Shown here: piece by piece, positions 42,850 to 51,173 of the stretch
Layout: every line of letters begins with the position of its first letter
Position numbering within the stretch: position 1 is the stretch's first letter
Assembly: GCA_964529325.1 (NCBI GenBank)
Contig: CAZGWH010000006.1
Coordinates: 12,424-64,009, forward strand
DNA: 51,586 nt
Direction: 5' to 3'
Origin: an uncultured bacterium
GTDB taxonomy: Bacteria; Fidelibacterota; Marinisomatia; SCGC-AAA003-L08; GCA-2689995
Program-made: the position numbers and the translations under genes
The notes under the pieces: generated by a model
The model's input: only the letters and a program-made list of their open reading frames with translations
What the model was told of the DNA's origin: nothing
Database searches by the model: none

Positions 42850-43052
42850 GAAGGGTTTTAGACTGTAAAGTCGTTGAAGATGTTGTCCTGACTGTTTCAA
42901 ACATTGAGTGGTTGCTTTTGGGAGGGTAACTATTATGAAATAGTTAGTTGATAGTCATACTGGGAGGAAGTGTGACGCAAACCCTTCTCAAAGGTCAATA
43001 GATATGGGAAGGGTTAATTTTAAAAAGGAGTGAGTTTTCTTGCTCCTTTTTT
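42850..43052 (+). ncRNA. Putative novel structured non-coding RNA
   Basis: About 40% GC (67/166 nt over 42850-43015) in AT-rich surroundings. At least five hand-folded helices, several with G-U pairs that work only on the + strand. Ends in its own terminator; no credible ORF. Confidence 0.6.
43022..43052 (+). terminator. Intrinsic terminator, probably bidirectional (putative ncRNA / lptD)
   Basis: AAAAAGGAGTGAG-TTTT-CTTGCTCCTTTTTT pairs fully on + using two G-U pairs; on - those positions are A-C mismatches. Confidence 0.8.
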
Positions 43053-46000
43053 ATTGCCAAAAACTATTTCCACCACGAGATTCAAGCTTTATACTTTCTT
43101 TTAGATCTCGGTTGATTACATTTATTCGTAAATAAAATCCTTGTCTATAACCTGTTGGTGTCCATTCAAATAAAAACTCAAAACAATGAAGATTTCGTTT
43201 AAAAGTAAAATCATGAGAAACTAATTCTAATTTTTCTAAATCTATACGAGCATTATAATTCATTTTCCATGCTGGTGTAAGTTGAATATCTAAATTAGTA
43301 TTTACCCAAAAATTTATTAATGCATCTTGATTTTCTCGAGGCGTGTATGAATAACGAATACTAAAAGTAGAGTTCCATAAATTTTGATTACTTGATGAAA
43401 AATTATTACCCGCTCCCAATAAAGGTGAAGATTCATCTTCAATTAATTGTGATGCTGTATCTATTTCAGTCGAATTTGAAAAGATAAATCGTTTACCTGA
43501 AAACTTTAATGAGGTTCCCCCGTTAACACTTTTTAATCGAGGATATTTTTTAAATTGGTTTATTCGTTGACCATTTGAATTTAGGCCATAAAAATCATGG
43601 GACATTGTAAGGCTTAATCTTAAACCATTTGGAAGCGTAGAGCTGATGGATGAGTTTACAGGTGCTAATTTCAAACTATCTGCAGTAAAATTATAATTTG
43701 AATTTAATGACCAAGAAATTAAATCAATTTTTTTATACTCGCCTTCATTTTTTACTTTTGCTTGAAATATATTTGAAAGTCCTAACCCAATAGATTTTGA
43801 TTCAACAGAGGGTGTCGCTCCTGCAAGTGTCCCGTAAAAATAATCATGTGTTAATGCTGTATCTACAAAGGATTGAATAAACGGAGAGCCATGTTCAGAA
43901 AAGTTTGGCGACCAATTAAATGAAATAGAAGGGGTCATTACATGTCTAATAGCATCTAGTTTCCCAACTGAAATTGGAAATAACCCATAAAGTTTAGTGG
44001 ACATTGATAAAGATGTATTCCATGTAAGTCGGCGTTTAAACCCACTGATATACTCCGTTTCAAATTGCTGATTTAGTTTTGTATATTGGTTTACCCAGTT
44101 TTCTTTAAAAGAAATTCGAGGAGACAGAGAAAGCCAGCCAAAAAATTTATTAGATGTTGAAAAGCTCATATTATGCTTTATGCCTGTACGAATATTGGTG
44201 GAATCCTCCCAAAATGGATTGAATAACGAATCATTTTCTATTGAGTTATATTTCCAACCTTTTCGTATGCTATTTGTTAGATTAGAAGAATAATCCCAAT
44301 AAATATCTTTTAAAATGGGGTATTCTTTTCCTGCAATTTTTATTTTCCCCTTGCTGTGGCTAAAACTTAAATTGGGTAATGATTGTGATCTTTCAACTAA
44401 AAAATGATTATGAGAATAATCTCCTTCTAGTTTTCGTATATCAGACAGCAAATCATAACTATCAGAAATATTCATACTAAAATTATTTTTCCACGCAGAC
44501 CATCGTTTAGAATAATTTAAATGCGATTCAATTTTTTGGGTTAATTGATTTGATTTATCATTCCAATTACTTTGATAAAAATTAGAATTACTAACATATT
44601 GTGCATTAATTGATAAGTTTTGTGTTGGGTCAAGCTTTTGAGAATGATGCCAAATAATATTAAATTGTCGTGTAAAATTATCAAATAAGTCAACAACATC
44701 TTTCCCAACTAATGACTGATTAATTCGTGTGGATAGTGATCCGTTGTAATTATATCTTTTTATATAATTAAACTTACTATTGATAACCACTCCTAATTTA
44801 TCATAAAAATCAAAAAGTGTTTTTAAATCGACATATTCATTTGGAGCATAATAATAACCGAGTCGTTGGAAAAATGTCCCTGTACTTGTTCGAGTTCCAA
44901 AAGCTGGCATAATCCACCCACTATGGCGACTCCCACCTTTATTTGGAAAAACGGCAAAAGGAATACCGATTATTGGAATATCAAAAATATGGAGTATTAA
45001 AGGCTTTGCAATTACTCTGTCATCTCCTACTAATTTCATTTTATTACTTGCAAAATAATAGTGAGGGTTGTCTAATTCACACGAGGTGTATTTACTGTCT
45101 TTTACATGAAAAATATCAGGCTCATCTCTATAAATTTTTTCCCCATGATAAAAACCACTATTATACTCTGTTTTTCCTTTATTGATTTTCCCATGTTTTG
45201 AAATTAAATCAAAAGTCATATCATCACCTATGAGCGGTTCTGTTCCACCAGTATAAACCGTTGGAAGAATATCATTATATTCAATTGCATTTAGAATATT
45301 TTCCTTCCAATCTACAACAATGTTTCCAGCTTCTAACTTTGTTTCTTGATATTCTACGATTGCATTTTCGATGAGTTGTGTTTGTTTTTTATCTACAAAA
45401 TAATCTAAATAATTTGCTTTATAAGTGATGGTCGTATCAATTTTTGTATTTCCAACTTCAGGTTTAAATATGCCTTGACTTCCGCCAATTACTTGAATTC
45501 TATTTAATTCAGAATCTTGAAAAGTTAAAATAATTGTATCTCCAGAAGCTGTATTTGTCCCCATTAATAAGGAATCTTCTGATACATGATAAATTGTTTC
45601 TGCCATATTTTTAAGATGCATTTTTTTAATTTCATCATTTTCTAAATCAACAGTAATAAATTTACTTTTCATTTCATTCCTAAATTGATAAAAACGGGGA
45701 TCATTTTCTTTTATTTTACTATCAAAATCTTGCCATGCTTCTGCATTACCCGCGATATCTATATTTTGTAAAATAGAATCTTTATATTGTAGAAAAATTG
45801 CATCTCCAATTATACCTTTTTTGGGCTCTTTTACAACACCTCCATTTTTTAAAGACATTAATTCAATTTCATCATTATATAGTAAGGTATCTGTTTGAAT
45901 TATGCGATTACCTTCAATTATATTTACATTTCGATATGCTGAAAATGATATTCCTCTTGGTCCTTTTGTTTCTTTATAATGTATATAATCTGTTGAAACA

Positions 46001-46425
46001 TTTTGAGATTCGGATTCTAAATTTACATTTCCAATGGCAATACCAGAATCAATATCTGTCCAAAAATATAATGAATCACATCTAATTAATTCATTGGGCT
46101 TCCGATAATTCACATTTCCAATAGCGAGGATATAATCTAATGAGTCACTAAAATAGGTAAGGTTTTTACATTTTAATGTATCTTCATCTTCTATCATTGT
46201 AACGCGTCCAGAAAGTTCAAAGATATTTATTTTTGTATAATTTGTGGCTTTTTCAGTAAATAGGAATAAATTATTTTTTTGTAAAATTACATTGCCAGTA
46301 AGTTCCATTACAGGTTGATATTCTATTTGATGGCTTTGCATTAAATCTGCTTGGATAATTCGAAGCCGATCATCATTCCCAAAAATAGTTGTTAAAAACA
46401 ATATAATAAAAAAGATATTAGTCAT
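43051..46425 (-). CDS. lptD: LPS assembly protein LptD with a fused N-terminal OstA/LptA-like beta-jellyroll region
   Basis: 1124 aa with signal peptide. Repeated GNV jellyroll strands over aa ~20-325, then an FCB-type LptD N-domain (ITYKA..LEAG.I.VDW), YTSCELDNPHYYF, SGWIMP.FG, RHVMTPSISF and RNLHCFEF. Confidence 0.85.
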   Translation of the reverse strand: MTNIFFIILFLTTIFGNDDRLRIIQADLMQSHQIEYQPVMELTGNVILQKNNLFLFTEKATNYTKINIFELSGRVTMIEDEDTLKCKNLTYFSDSLDYILAIGNVNYRKPNELIRCDSLYFWTDIDSGIAIGNVNLESESQNVSTDYIHYKETKGPRGISFSAYRNVNIIEGNRIIQTDTLLYNDEIELMSLKNGGVVKEPKKGIIGDAIFLQYKDSILQNIDIAGNAEAWQDFDSKIKENDPRFYQFRNEMKSKFITVDLENDEIKKMHLKNMAETIYHVSEDSLLMGTNTASGDTIILTFQDSELNRIQVIGGSQGIFKPEVGNTKIDTTITYKANYLDYFVDKKQTQLIENAIVEYQETKLEAGNIVVDWKENILNAIEYNDILPTVYTGGTEPLIGDDMTFDLISKHGKINKGKTEYNSGFYHGEKIYRDEPDIFHVKDSKYTSCELDNPHYYFASNKMKLVGDDRVIAKPLILHIFDIPIIGIPFAVFPNKGGSRHSGWIMPAFGTRTSTGTFFQRLGYYYAPNEYVDLKTLFDFYDKLGVVINSKFNYIKRYNYNGSLSTRINQSLVGKDVVDLFDNFTRQFNIIWHHSQKLDPTQNLSINAQYVSNSNFYQSNWNDKSNQLTQKIESHLNYSKRWSAWKNNFSMNISDSYDLLSDIRKLEGDYSHNHFLVERSQSLPNLSFSHSKGKIKIAGKEYPILKDIYWDYSSNLTNSIRKGWKYNSIENDSLFNPFWEDSTNIRTGIKHNMSFSTSNKFFGWLSLSPRISFKENWVNQYTKLNQQFETEYISGFKRRLTWNTSLSMSTKLYGLFPISVGKLDAIRHVMTPSISFNWSPNFSEHGSPFIQSFVDTALTHDYFYGTLAGATPSVESKSIGLGLSNIFQAKVKNEGEYKKIDLISWSLNSNYNFTADSLKLAPVNSSISSTLPNGLRLSLTMSHDFYGLNSNGQRINQFKKYPRLKSVNGGTSLKFSGKRFIFSNSTEIDTASQLIEDESSPLLGAGNNFSSSNQNLWNSTFSIRYSYTPRENQDALINFWVNTNLDIQLTPAWKMNYNARIDLEKLELVSHDFTFKRNLHCFEFLFEWTPTGYRQGFYLRINVINRDLKESIKLESRGGNSFWQ

Positions 46426-47719
46426 CTGTTTTATTTAAATTTTTCAAGTATTCTAATCTTTCTTTTAAAAACTTTTCCCTCCCTAATTCTTTGGGATGAT
46501 AAAATTGAGGGTTATCTATTATTTCTTTAGGGAAATAATTTTCTTTAACAAACCCATCGGGGTATGAATGTGGGTATTTATAATTTTTCCCATAATCTAA
46601 ATCTTTCATTAAATTGGTAACAGAATTTCGTAAATGTAGCGGAACACTTCCTGTTCCATTTTTTTTGACATATTCTCTTGCTGTTAAGATTGCATTTGCA
46701 GACGCATTACTTTTGGGCACAGAGGCAAGATAGGTTGTGGTCTGACTTAAAACATAAGATGCTTCAGGCATTCCAATTTTATAAACAGCATCAAATGTTG
46801 CATTTGCCAAAGAAATTGCATATGGTTCGGCATTTCCAATATCTTCAGACGCCAATATGATAAGCCGCCTTGCAATAAATTCAGGTTTTTCACCTCCTTC
46901 TAACATAATTGCTAACCAATAAATTGAAGCATCTGGATCTGAACCTCTAACTGATTTGATAAATGCAGAAATAACATCATAGTGGTAATCACCGTCCTTA
47001 TCATATAAAACCATTTTATTTTGTAAAGCATTTTGAATATGGTTTTCTGTACAGGTATTATTTTTATCATTTAAAAAAGATAATGCAAGTTCAAAAGTGT
47101 TTAGCATTTTTCTCGCATCACCTCCTGAAGATTTTAATAATAATTCTTTTGCTCTTGAATTAATTTTAACATCCATTTGTTTAATAGTATCATCCGTTTG
47201 AATTGCATGTTTTAAAATACGATTTAATTCTTCAATTGAATGCCCTGAAAGTGTTAAAACTCTACACCTTGATAGCAATGGTGAGATAATTTCAAAAGAG
47301 GGGTTTTCGGTGGTCGCACCTATCAAAGTAACAATTCCTTTTTCAACACCATGAAGTAATGAATCCTGCTGAGATTTACTATATCGATGAATTTCATCTA
47401 TAAATAAAAGAACGGGTTTATTTAAAAGTGTTTGTTCTTCTCCTTTGGCTAATACTTTTCGTAAATCTTTTACACCTGAAGAAACCGCTGATAATTCATA
47501 GTATGCATAATTACAACTTCTAGAAATTATTTTTGCAAGTGTTGTTTTTCCTGAACCAGGGGGTCCCCATAAAATCATAGAAAATAACTTTTCATTTTCA
47601 ATAGCTGTTGAAATTAAACTATTTTTAGAAAGTAAATTATTTTGGCCTGCAAAATCTTTTAAGTTTTGTGGTCTAACTCTTTCTGCTAAAGGTGGTAAAT
47701 TTGCCTGATTATGTTTCAA
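46418..47719 (-). CDS. rarA: Replication-associated recombination protein RarA/MgsA
   Basis: PLAERVRP, GPPGSGKTT, FIDEIHR, GATTENP, SAFIKSVRGSD, SEDIGNA, VPLHLRN. Confidence 0.97.
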   Translation of the reverse strand: MKHNQANLPPLAERVRPQNLKDFAGQNNLLSKNSLISTAIENEKLFSMILWGPPGSGKTTLAKIISRSCNYAYYELSAVSSGVKDLRKVLAKGEEQTLLNKPVLLFIDEIHRYSKSQQDSLLHGVEKGIVTLIGATTENPSFEIISPLLSRCRVLTLSGHSIEELNRILKHAIQTDDTIKQMDVKINSRAKELLLKSSGGDARKMLNTFELALSFLNDKNNTCTENHIQNALQNKMVLYDKDGDYHYDVISAFIKSVRGSDPDASIYWLAIMLEGGEKPEFIARRLIILASEDIGNAEPYAISLANATFDAVYKIGMPEASYVLSQTTTYLASVPKSNASANAILTAREYVKKNGTGSVPLHLRNSVTNLMKDLDYGKNYKYPHSYPDGFVKENYFPKEIIDNPQFYHPKELGREKFLKERLEYLKNLNKTDD

Positions 47720-47769
47720 TGTATTTTGTAATTATTAAGTTAAAAACTATAAAAAAAGGATAATTTTTA

Positions 47770-48981
47770 ATGGTAAAAATTAGGCATATCTTACTCATAT
47801 TTCATCTTTTAATCGTAATTGGTTTTTCAAATGAAATCCCAACGATTTTAGTTTCTTTTGATGGAATGAGGTATGATTATTTAGAAAAAACAAATACACC
47901 TCATTTTGATTCGTTTATAAAAAAAGGTGTAAAAGCAAAATCGCTTATTCCTGTGTATCCTTCATATACTTTCCCAAATCATTATTCAATTGCAACTGGC
48001 ACATATTCTGGAAATCATTATTTGACAGGAAATCACTACTATAGTAAAGTTCATAAAGAACGATATACTTATTATAAACGAGAGACCGTTATTAATCCTA
48101 AATTTTATAAAGGTGAACCTATATGGGTAACTGCAGAAAAACAAGGGGTTAAAACAGCTAGCTATTTTTGGGTGGGGTCAGAAGCACCAATTAATGGATA
48201 TAAACCCTCTATTGTTAAAGATTATGATGGAAAAGTTCCATTTGAAAATAGAGTTGACTCTGTTATTGCATGGTTAAAATTACCAGAAGAAGTGAGGCCT
48301 AAGTTCGTTTTATGTTATTTTAGCGAGCCAGATAAATCGGGTCATAAACATGGTCCTGATTCAAAAAAAACAATAAAAGCAATTAAAAAGTCTGATAAAA
48401 TGCTAGGAAGATTAATAAAAGGGTTGGAAAAAAATGATATTGAAGCAAATATAATAATAGTGAGTGACCATGGAATGCGGGAAATTAGCCGTAGGCGAGT
48501 AATTGTAATTGATGATTATATTCCAGATATGTCAAAAATTACAACTTATGATGGTGGACCAATTTTACAAATAGATTCTGAAGATAAAAATATTTATAAT
48601 CAATTAAAAGATATTCGACATTTATCTGTTTATTCAAAAGAAAATATTCCAGAAAGGTATCATTTTGTAAATGAAAATACAGGTGATTTTTTAATTGTTC
48701 CTGATCCAGGATGGTTAGTTTTTACACAAGAAGAGTTTGAAACTTCGGGAATGTTAAATATAAAAGGAATGCATGGTTGGGATCCAGCAGACCCTCAAAT
48801 GCATGGAATCTTTTTTGCAAATGGGCCTGATATTAAAAGAGGAATTGAAATTGATTCATTTGAAAATGTATATGTTTATGGATTAATTTCTTCATTGATA
48901 AATATAAAACCATATTCAAGTGCTGAATTTCCAGATGGGGCAATAATTAATAGAGATTTAATACAAAGAATAAGGAAATAA
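47770..48981 (+). CDS. Exported nucleotide pyrophosphatase/phosphodiesterase (alkaline phosphatase superfamily)
   Basis: LVSFDGMR, catalytic Thr in TFPNHYSIATG, EPD..GH..GP, VSDHGM, GMHGWD; signal peptide. Confidence 0.94.
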   Translation: MVKIRHILLIFHLLIVIGFSNEIPTILVSFDGMRYDYLEKTNTPHFDSFIKKGVKAKSLIPVYPSYTFPNHYSIATGTYSGNHYLTGNHYYSKVHKERYTYYKRETVINPKFYKGEPIWVTAEKQGVKTASYFWVGSEAPINGYKPSIVKDYDGKVPFENRVDSVIAWLKLPEEVRPKFVLCYFSEPDKSGHKHGPDSKKTIKAIKKSDKMLGRLIKGLEKNDIEANIIIVSDHGMREISRRRVIVIDDYIPDMSKITTYDGGPILQIDSEDKNIYNQLKDIRHLSVYSKENIPERYHFVNENTGDFLIVPDPGWLVFTQEEFETSGMLNIKGMHGWDPADPQMHGIFFANGPDIKRGIEIDSFENVYVYGLISSLINIKPYSSAEFPDGAIINRDLIQRIRK

Positions 48982-48986
48982 ATTTT

Positions 48987-49838
48987 ATGGAAAACTTAAT
49001 TCAATATTTTGAAACAATCCCTTCATCAACGCGGACAATTTTTTTAATTTCTGGACTTTCATTTTTCTTATTATTAGAAAAAGGAATACCTTTATTTAAT
49101 TTTGAATATAAAAAAGGGAAGCACGCATTTTTAAACTTAACCTTAACGCTTACAACATTAATCATTAATTTTATTGGTGCATCACTTATCTTAAAAGCTA
49201 CAGTGTATAACATGGAGGAAAGTAGCGGGTTAATACATTTAAATATAGATGGACAAGAACTTCCATTTTGGCTCATGGTTATTTGTTCTTTTATTTTTTT
49301 AGATTTTGGAGGAGCATGGTTTATTCATTGGTTAGAGCATAGAGTAAAATGGATGTGGAAATTTCATATTATTCATCATACTGACCAACAGGTGGATGTA
49401 ACTACGGGGCTTAGACATCACCCAGGAGAATCAATATTTAGATTAGGTTTTACAATTATTGCTGTATTATTATCAGGAGCATCAATTGGAATGGTTATGT
49501 TTTATCAAACTATTTCAGCTTTTTTTGCACATTTTTCTCATGCAAATTATAAAACGCCTGAAAAATTGGACAAACTATTTTCTTGGATTTTTGTAACTCC
49601 TCGCTTTCACCGAATACATCATCATTTTACTTTACCACATACAGATAGTAATTTTGGAAATATATTTTCAATTTGGGACCATATATTTAGAACAAATATA
49701 AATGTAGGTGAACATGAAGAATTAAAATTTGGATTAGATACACACATGGACCCTAAAGAGGTAGAAAATATAAAAGGATTATTATTAATCCCTTTTCAAA
49801 AATATAGACATCCTGTTGGAGCGAAATTTACAAAATAG
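48987..49838 (+). CDS. Fatty-acid hydroxylase/sterol desaturase family protein
   Basis: Histidine boxes HWLEH, HIIHH, FSHAN, HRIHH; TGLRHHP.E; NFGNIFSIWD. Confidence 0.92.
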   Translation: MENLIQYFETIPSSTRTIFLISGLSFFLLLEKGIPLFNFEYKKGKHAFLNLTLTLTTLIINFIGASLILKATVYNMEESSGLIHLNIDGQELPFWLMVICSFIFLDFGGAWFIHWLEHRVKWMWKFHIIHHTDQQVDVTTGLRHHPGESIFRLGFTIIAVLLSGASIGMVMFYQTISAFFAHFSHANYKTPEKLDKLFSWIFVTPRFHRIHHHFTLPHTDSNFGNIFSIWDHIFRTNINVGEHEELKFGLDTHMDPKEVENIKGLLLIPFQKYRHPVGAKFTK

Positions 49839-49847
49839 TATTTATAT

Positions 49848-51089
49848 TTATATTCTAATTGATTTTTTTAATAAGGTAAAATTAATAAATAATGATATTA
49901 ACTGATAGGCAATAAATAGCATTGAACTTTGGTTAGATAATCCAAACCAATTTATATCTAACTTCCATAAAATAATTCCGATTAAAGATAATTTAATTAA
50001 CTCAGATAATAATATGATTTTCTTTTGATCTAAAAGAGAAGTATAGCTAAAGACATTTGCCATAATAAATACGGCATAAAGATATATTAAATAGGATTCA
50101 AAAATTGTTTCAACAGAAAATAAATGCACAATCATTACAAATGAAATTATCAATTGAAAATATGACCAATAAATTACAGTTGATGAATTAATAGTTTTAT
50201 ACTTTATCAAATCTTTTGGATTGTTAATAGTCGATATTGGATTAGATTGAATCACATCTTCTGGTCGCCATCCTGTTTTCATAAACCATATTTTAAATTT
50301 ATCTAATAAATTTGAAGTATGCCACGCATCTGTTAATAGAGAAAAGAAATGTTTAAAGTTTATAAGAATCGGGTTCCAAGTATCGGCTTGTCTTAAAATT
50401 CCATATACAGGCTTGACTTCATTTAGCTCTGGTTGAAATGTCCCAAATAGTTTATCCCAAATTATGAATATTTGACTGAAATTTTTATCTAAATATTCAG
50501 GGTTAATTGCATGGTGTACGCGATGATGAGAAGGTGTAACGAGTATATTTTCTAAAATACCCATGCGATCAATTAAACGAGTATGATACCAAAATTGCAT
50601 AAATAAATGAACAGGTCCTAAAATAGCAAATAACCATACAGGCACTCCAAATAATGCAGCAGGAATCATAAAAAATGCACCAAAGGATATAAACCCTGAA
50701 ATTGATTGCCTTAATGCACAGGAAAGATTATATTCTTCACTGCTATGATGAATGATATGTCTATTCCATAAAATATTTACGGTGTGGTCTAGGCGGTGAA
50801 GCCAATACCCCGCGAAATCTTTTACAATAAATGCAATGATGATTGTTAATGTAAGAGATTCAATTTGAAAAACAACTATTCGTTCAACAAGCCAACCATA
50901 ACTAATAATTGCAAATGAAATTTTCAAGCCATCTTTAAGAATATTTGTTAATCCCGAACTTAAACTCGAAATCAAATCGGCTGAATGATTTACAATTATT
51001 CCTCTTTTGATAGATACAATCCACTCAATTGAAATTAGTAAAGTAAAAATCGGCACAGCAATTAGTACTGCAATGATATAAGTATTCAT
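49848..51089 (-). CDS. Fatty-acid hydroxylase family protein, alkylglycerol monooxygenase (AGMO)-like
   Basis: HRLDH, HIIHHSSEEYNLSCALRQS, QFWYHT, TPSHHRVHH, DKNF..IFIIWDKLFGTF; C-terminal TM extension; 413 aa. Confidence 0.85.
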   Translation of the reverse strand: MNTYIIAVLIAVPIFTLLISIEWIVSIKRGIIVNHSADLISSLSSGLTNILKDGLKISFAIISYGWLVERIVVFQIESLTLTIIIAFIVKDFAGYWLHRLDHTVNILWNRHIIHHSSEEYNLSCALRQSISGFISFGAFFMIPAALFGVPVWLFAILGPVHLFMQFWYHTRLIDRMGILENILVTPSHHRVHHAINPEYLDKNFSQIFIIWDKLFGTFQPELNEVKPVYGILRQADTWNPILINFKHFFSLLTDAWHTSNLLDKFKIWFMKTGWRPEDVIQSNPISTINNPKDLIKYKTINSSTVIYWSYFQLIISFVMIVHLFSVETIFESYLIYLYAVFIMANVFSYTSLLDQKKIILLSELIKLSLIGIILWKLDINWFGLSNQSSMLFIAYQLISLFINFTLLKKSIRI

Positions 51090-51115
51090 AATTTATATAT
51101 TTAATTAATAAAAAA

Positions 51116-51137
51116 ATTGATAACTAATATTATCAAT
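51116..51137. promoter_or_regulatory. Palindromic putative operator between divergent genes
   Basis: ATTGATAA-CTAATA-TTATCAAT, a perfect 8-6-8 inverted repeat. Confidence 0.4.
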
Positions 51138-51173
51138 AAATTTGTTTATATACAAGGTATTAAATTTTACACT

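Noticed and set aside
42893-42903. TGTTTCA as a parS half-site
   Set aside because: The second half of TGTTTCACGTGAAACA is missing.
42806-42904. 32-aa minus-strand ORF (MFETVRTT...) within the structured region
   Set aside because: No ribosome-binding site and no recognisable or hydrophobic toxin-like character; the G-U pattern favours a + strand RNA.
42954-43015. Resemblance to the c-di-GMP-I riboswitch (GACGCAAA) or cobalamin B12 box (UGGGAAGG)
   Set aside because: The other required elements are absent (GGCAAAC/GNRA P2 and receptor; AGGGAA..GGUG..ACUG core), and there is no downstream + strand gene.
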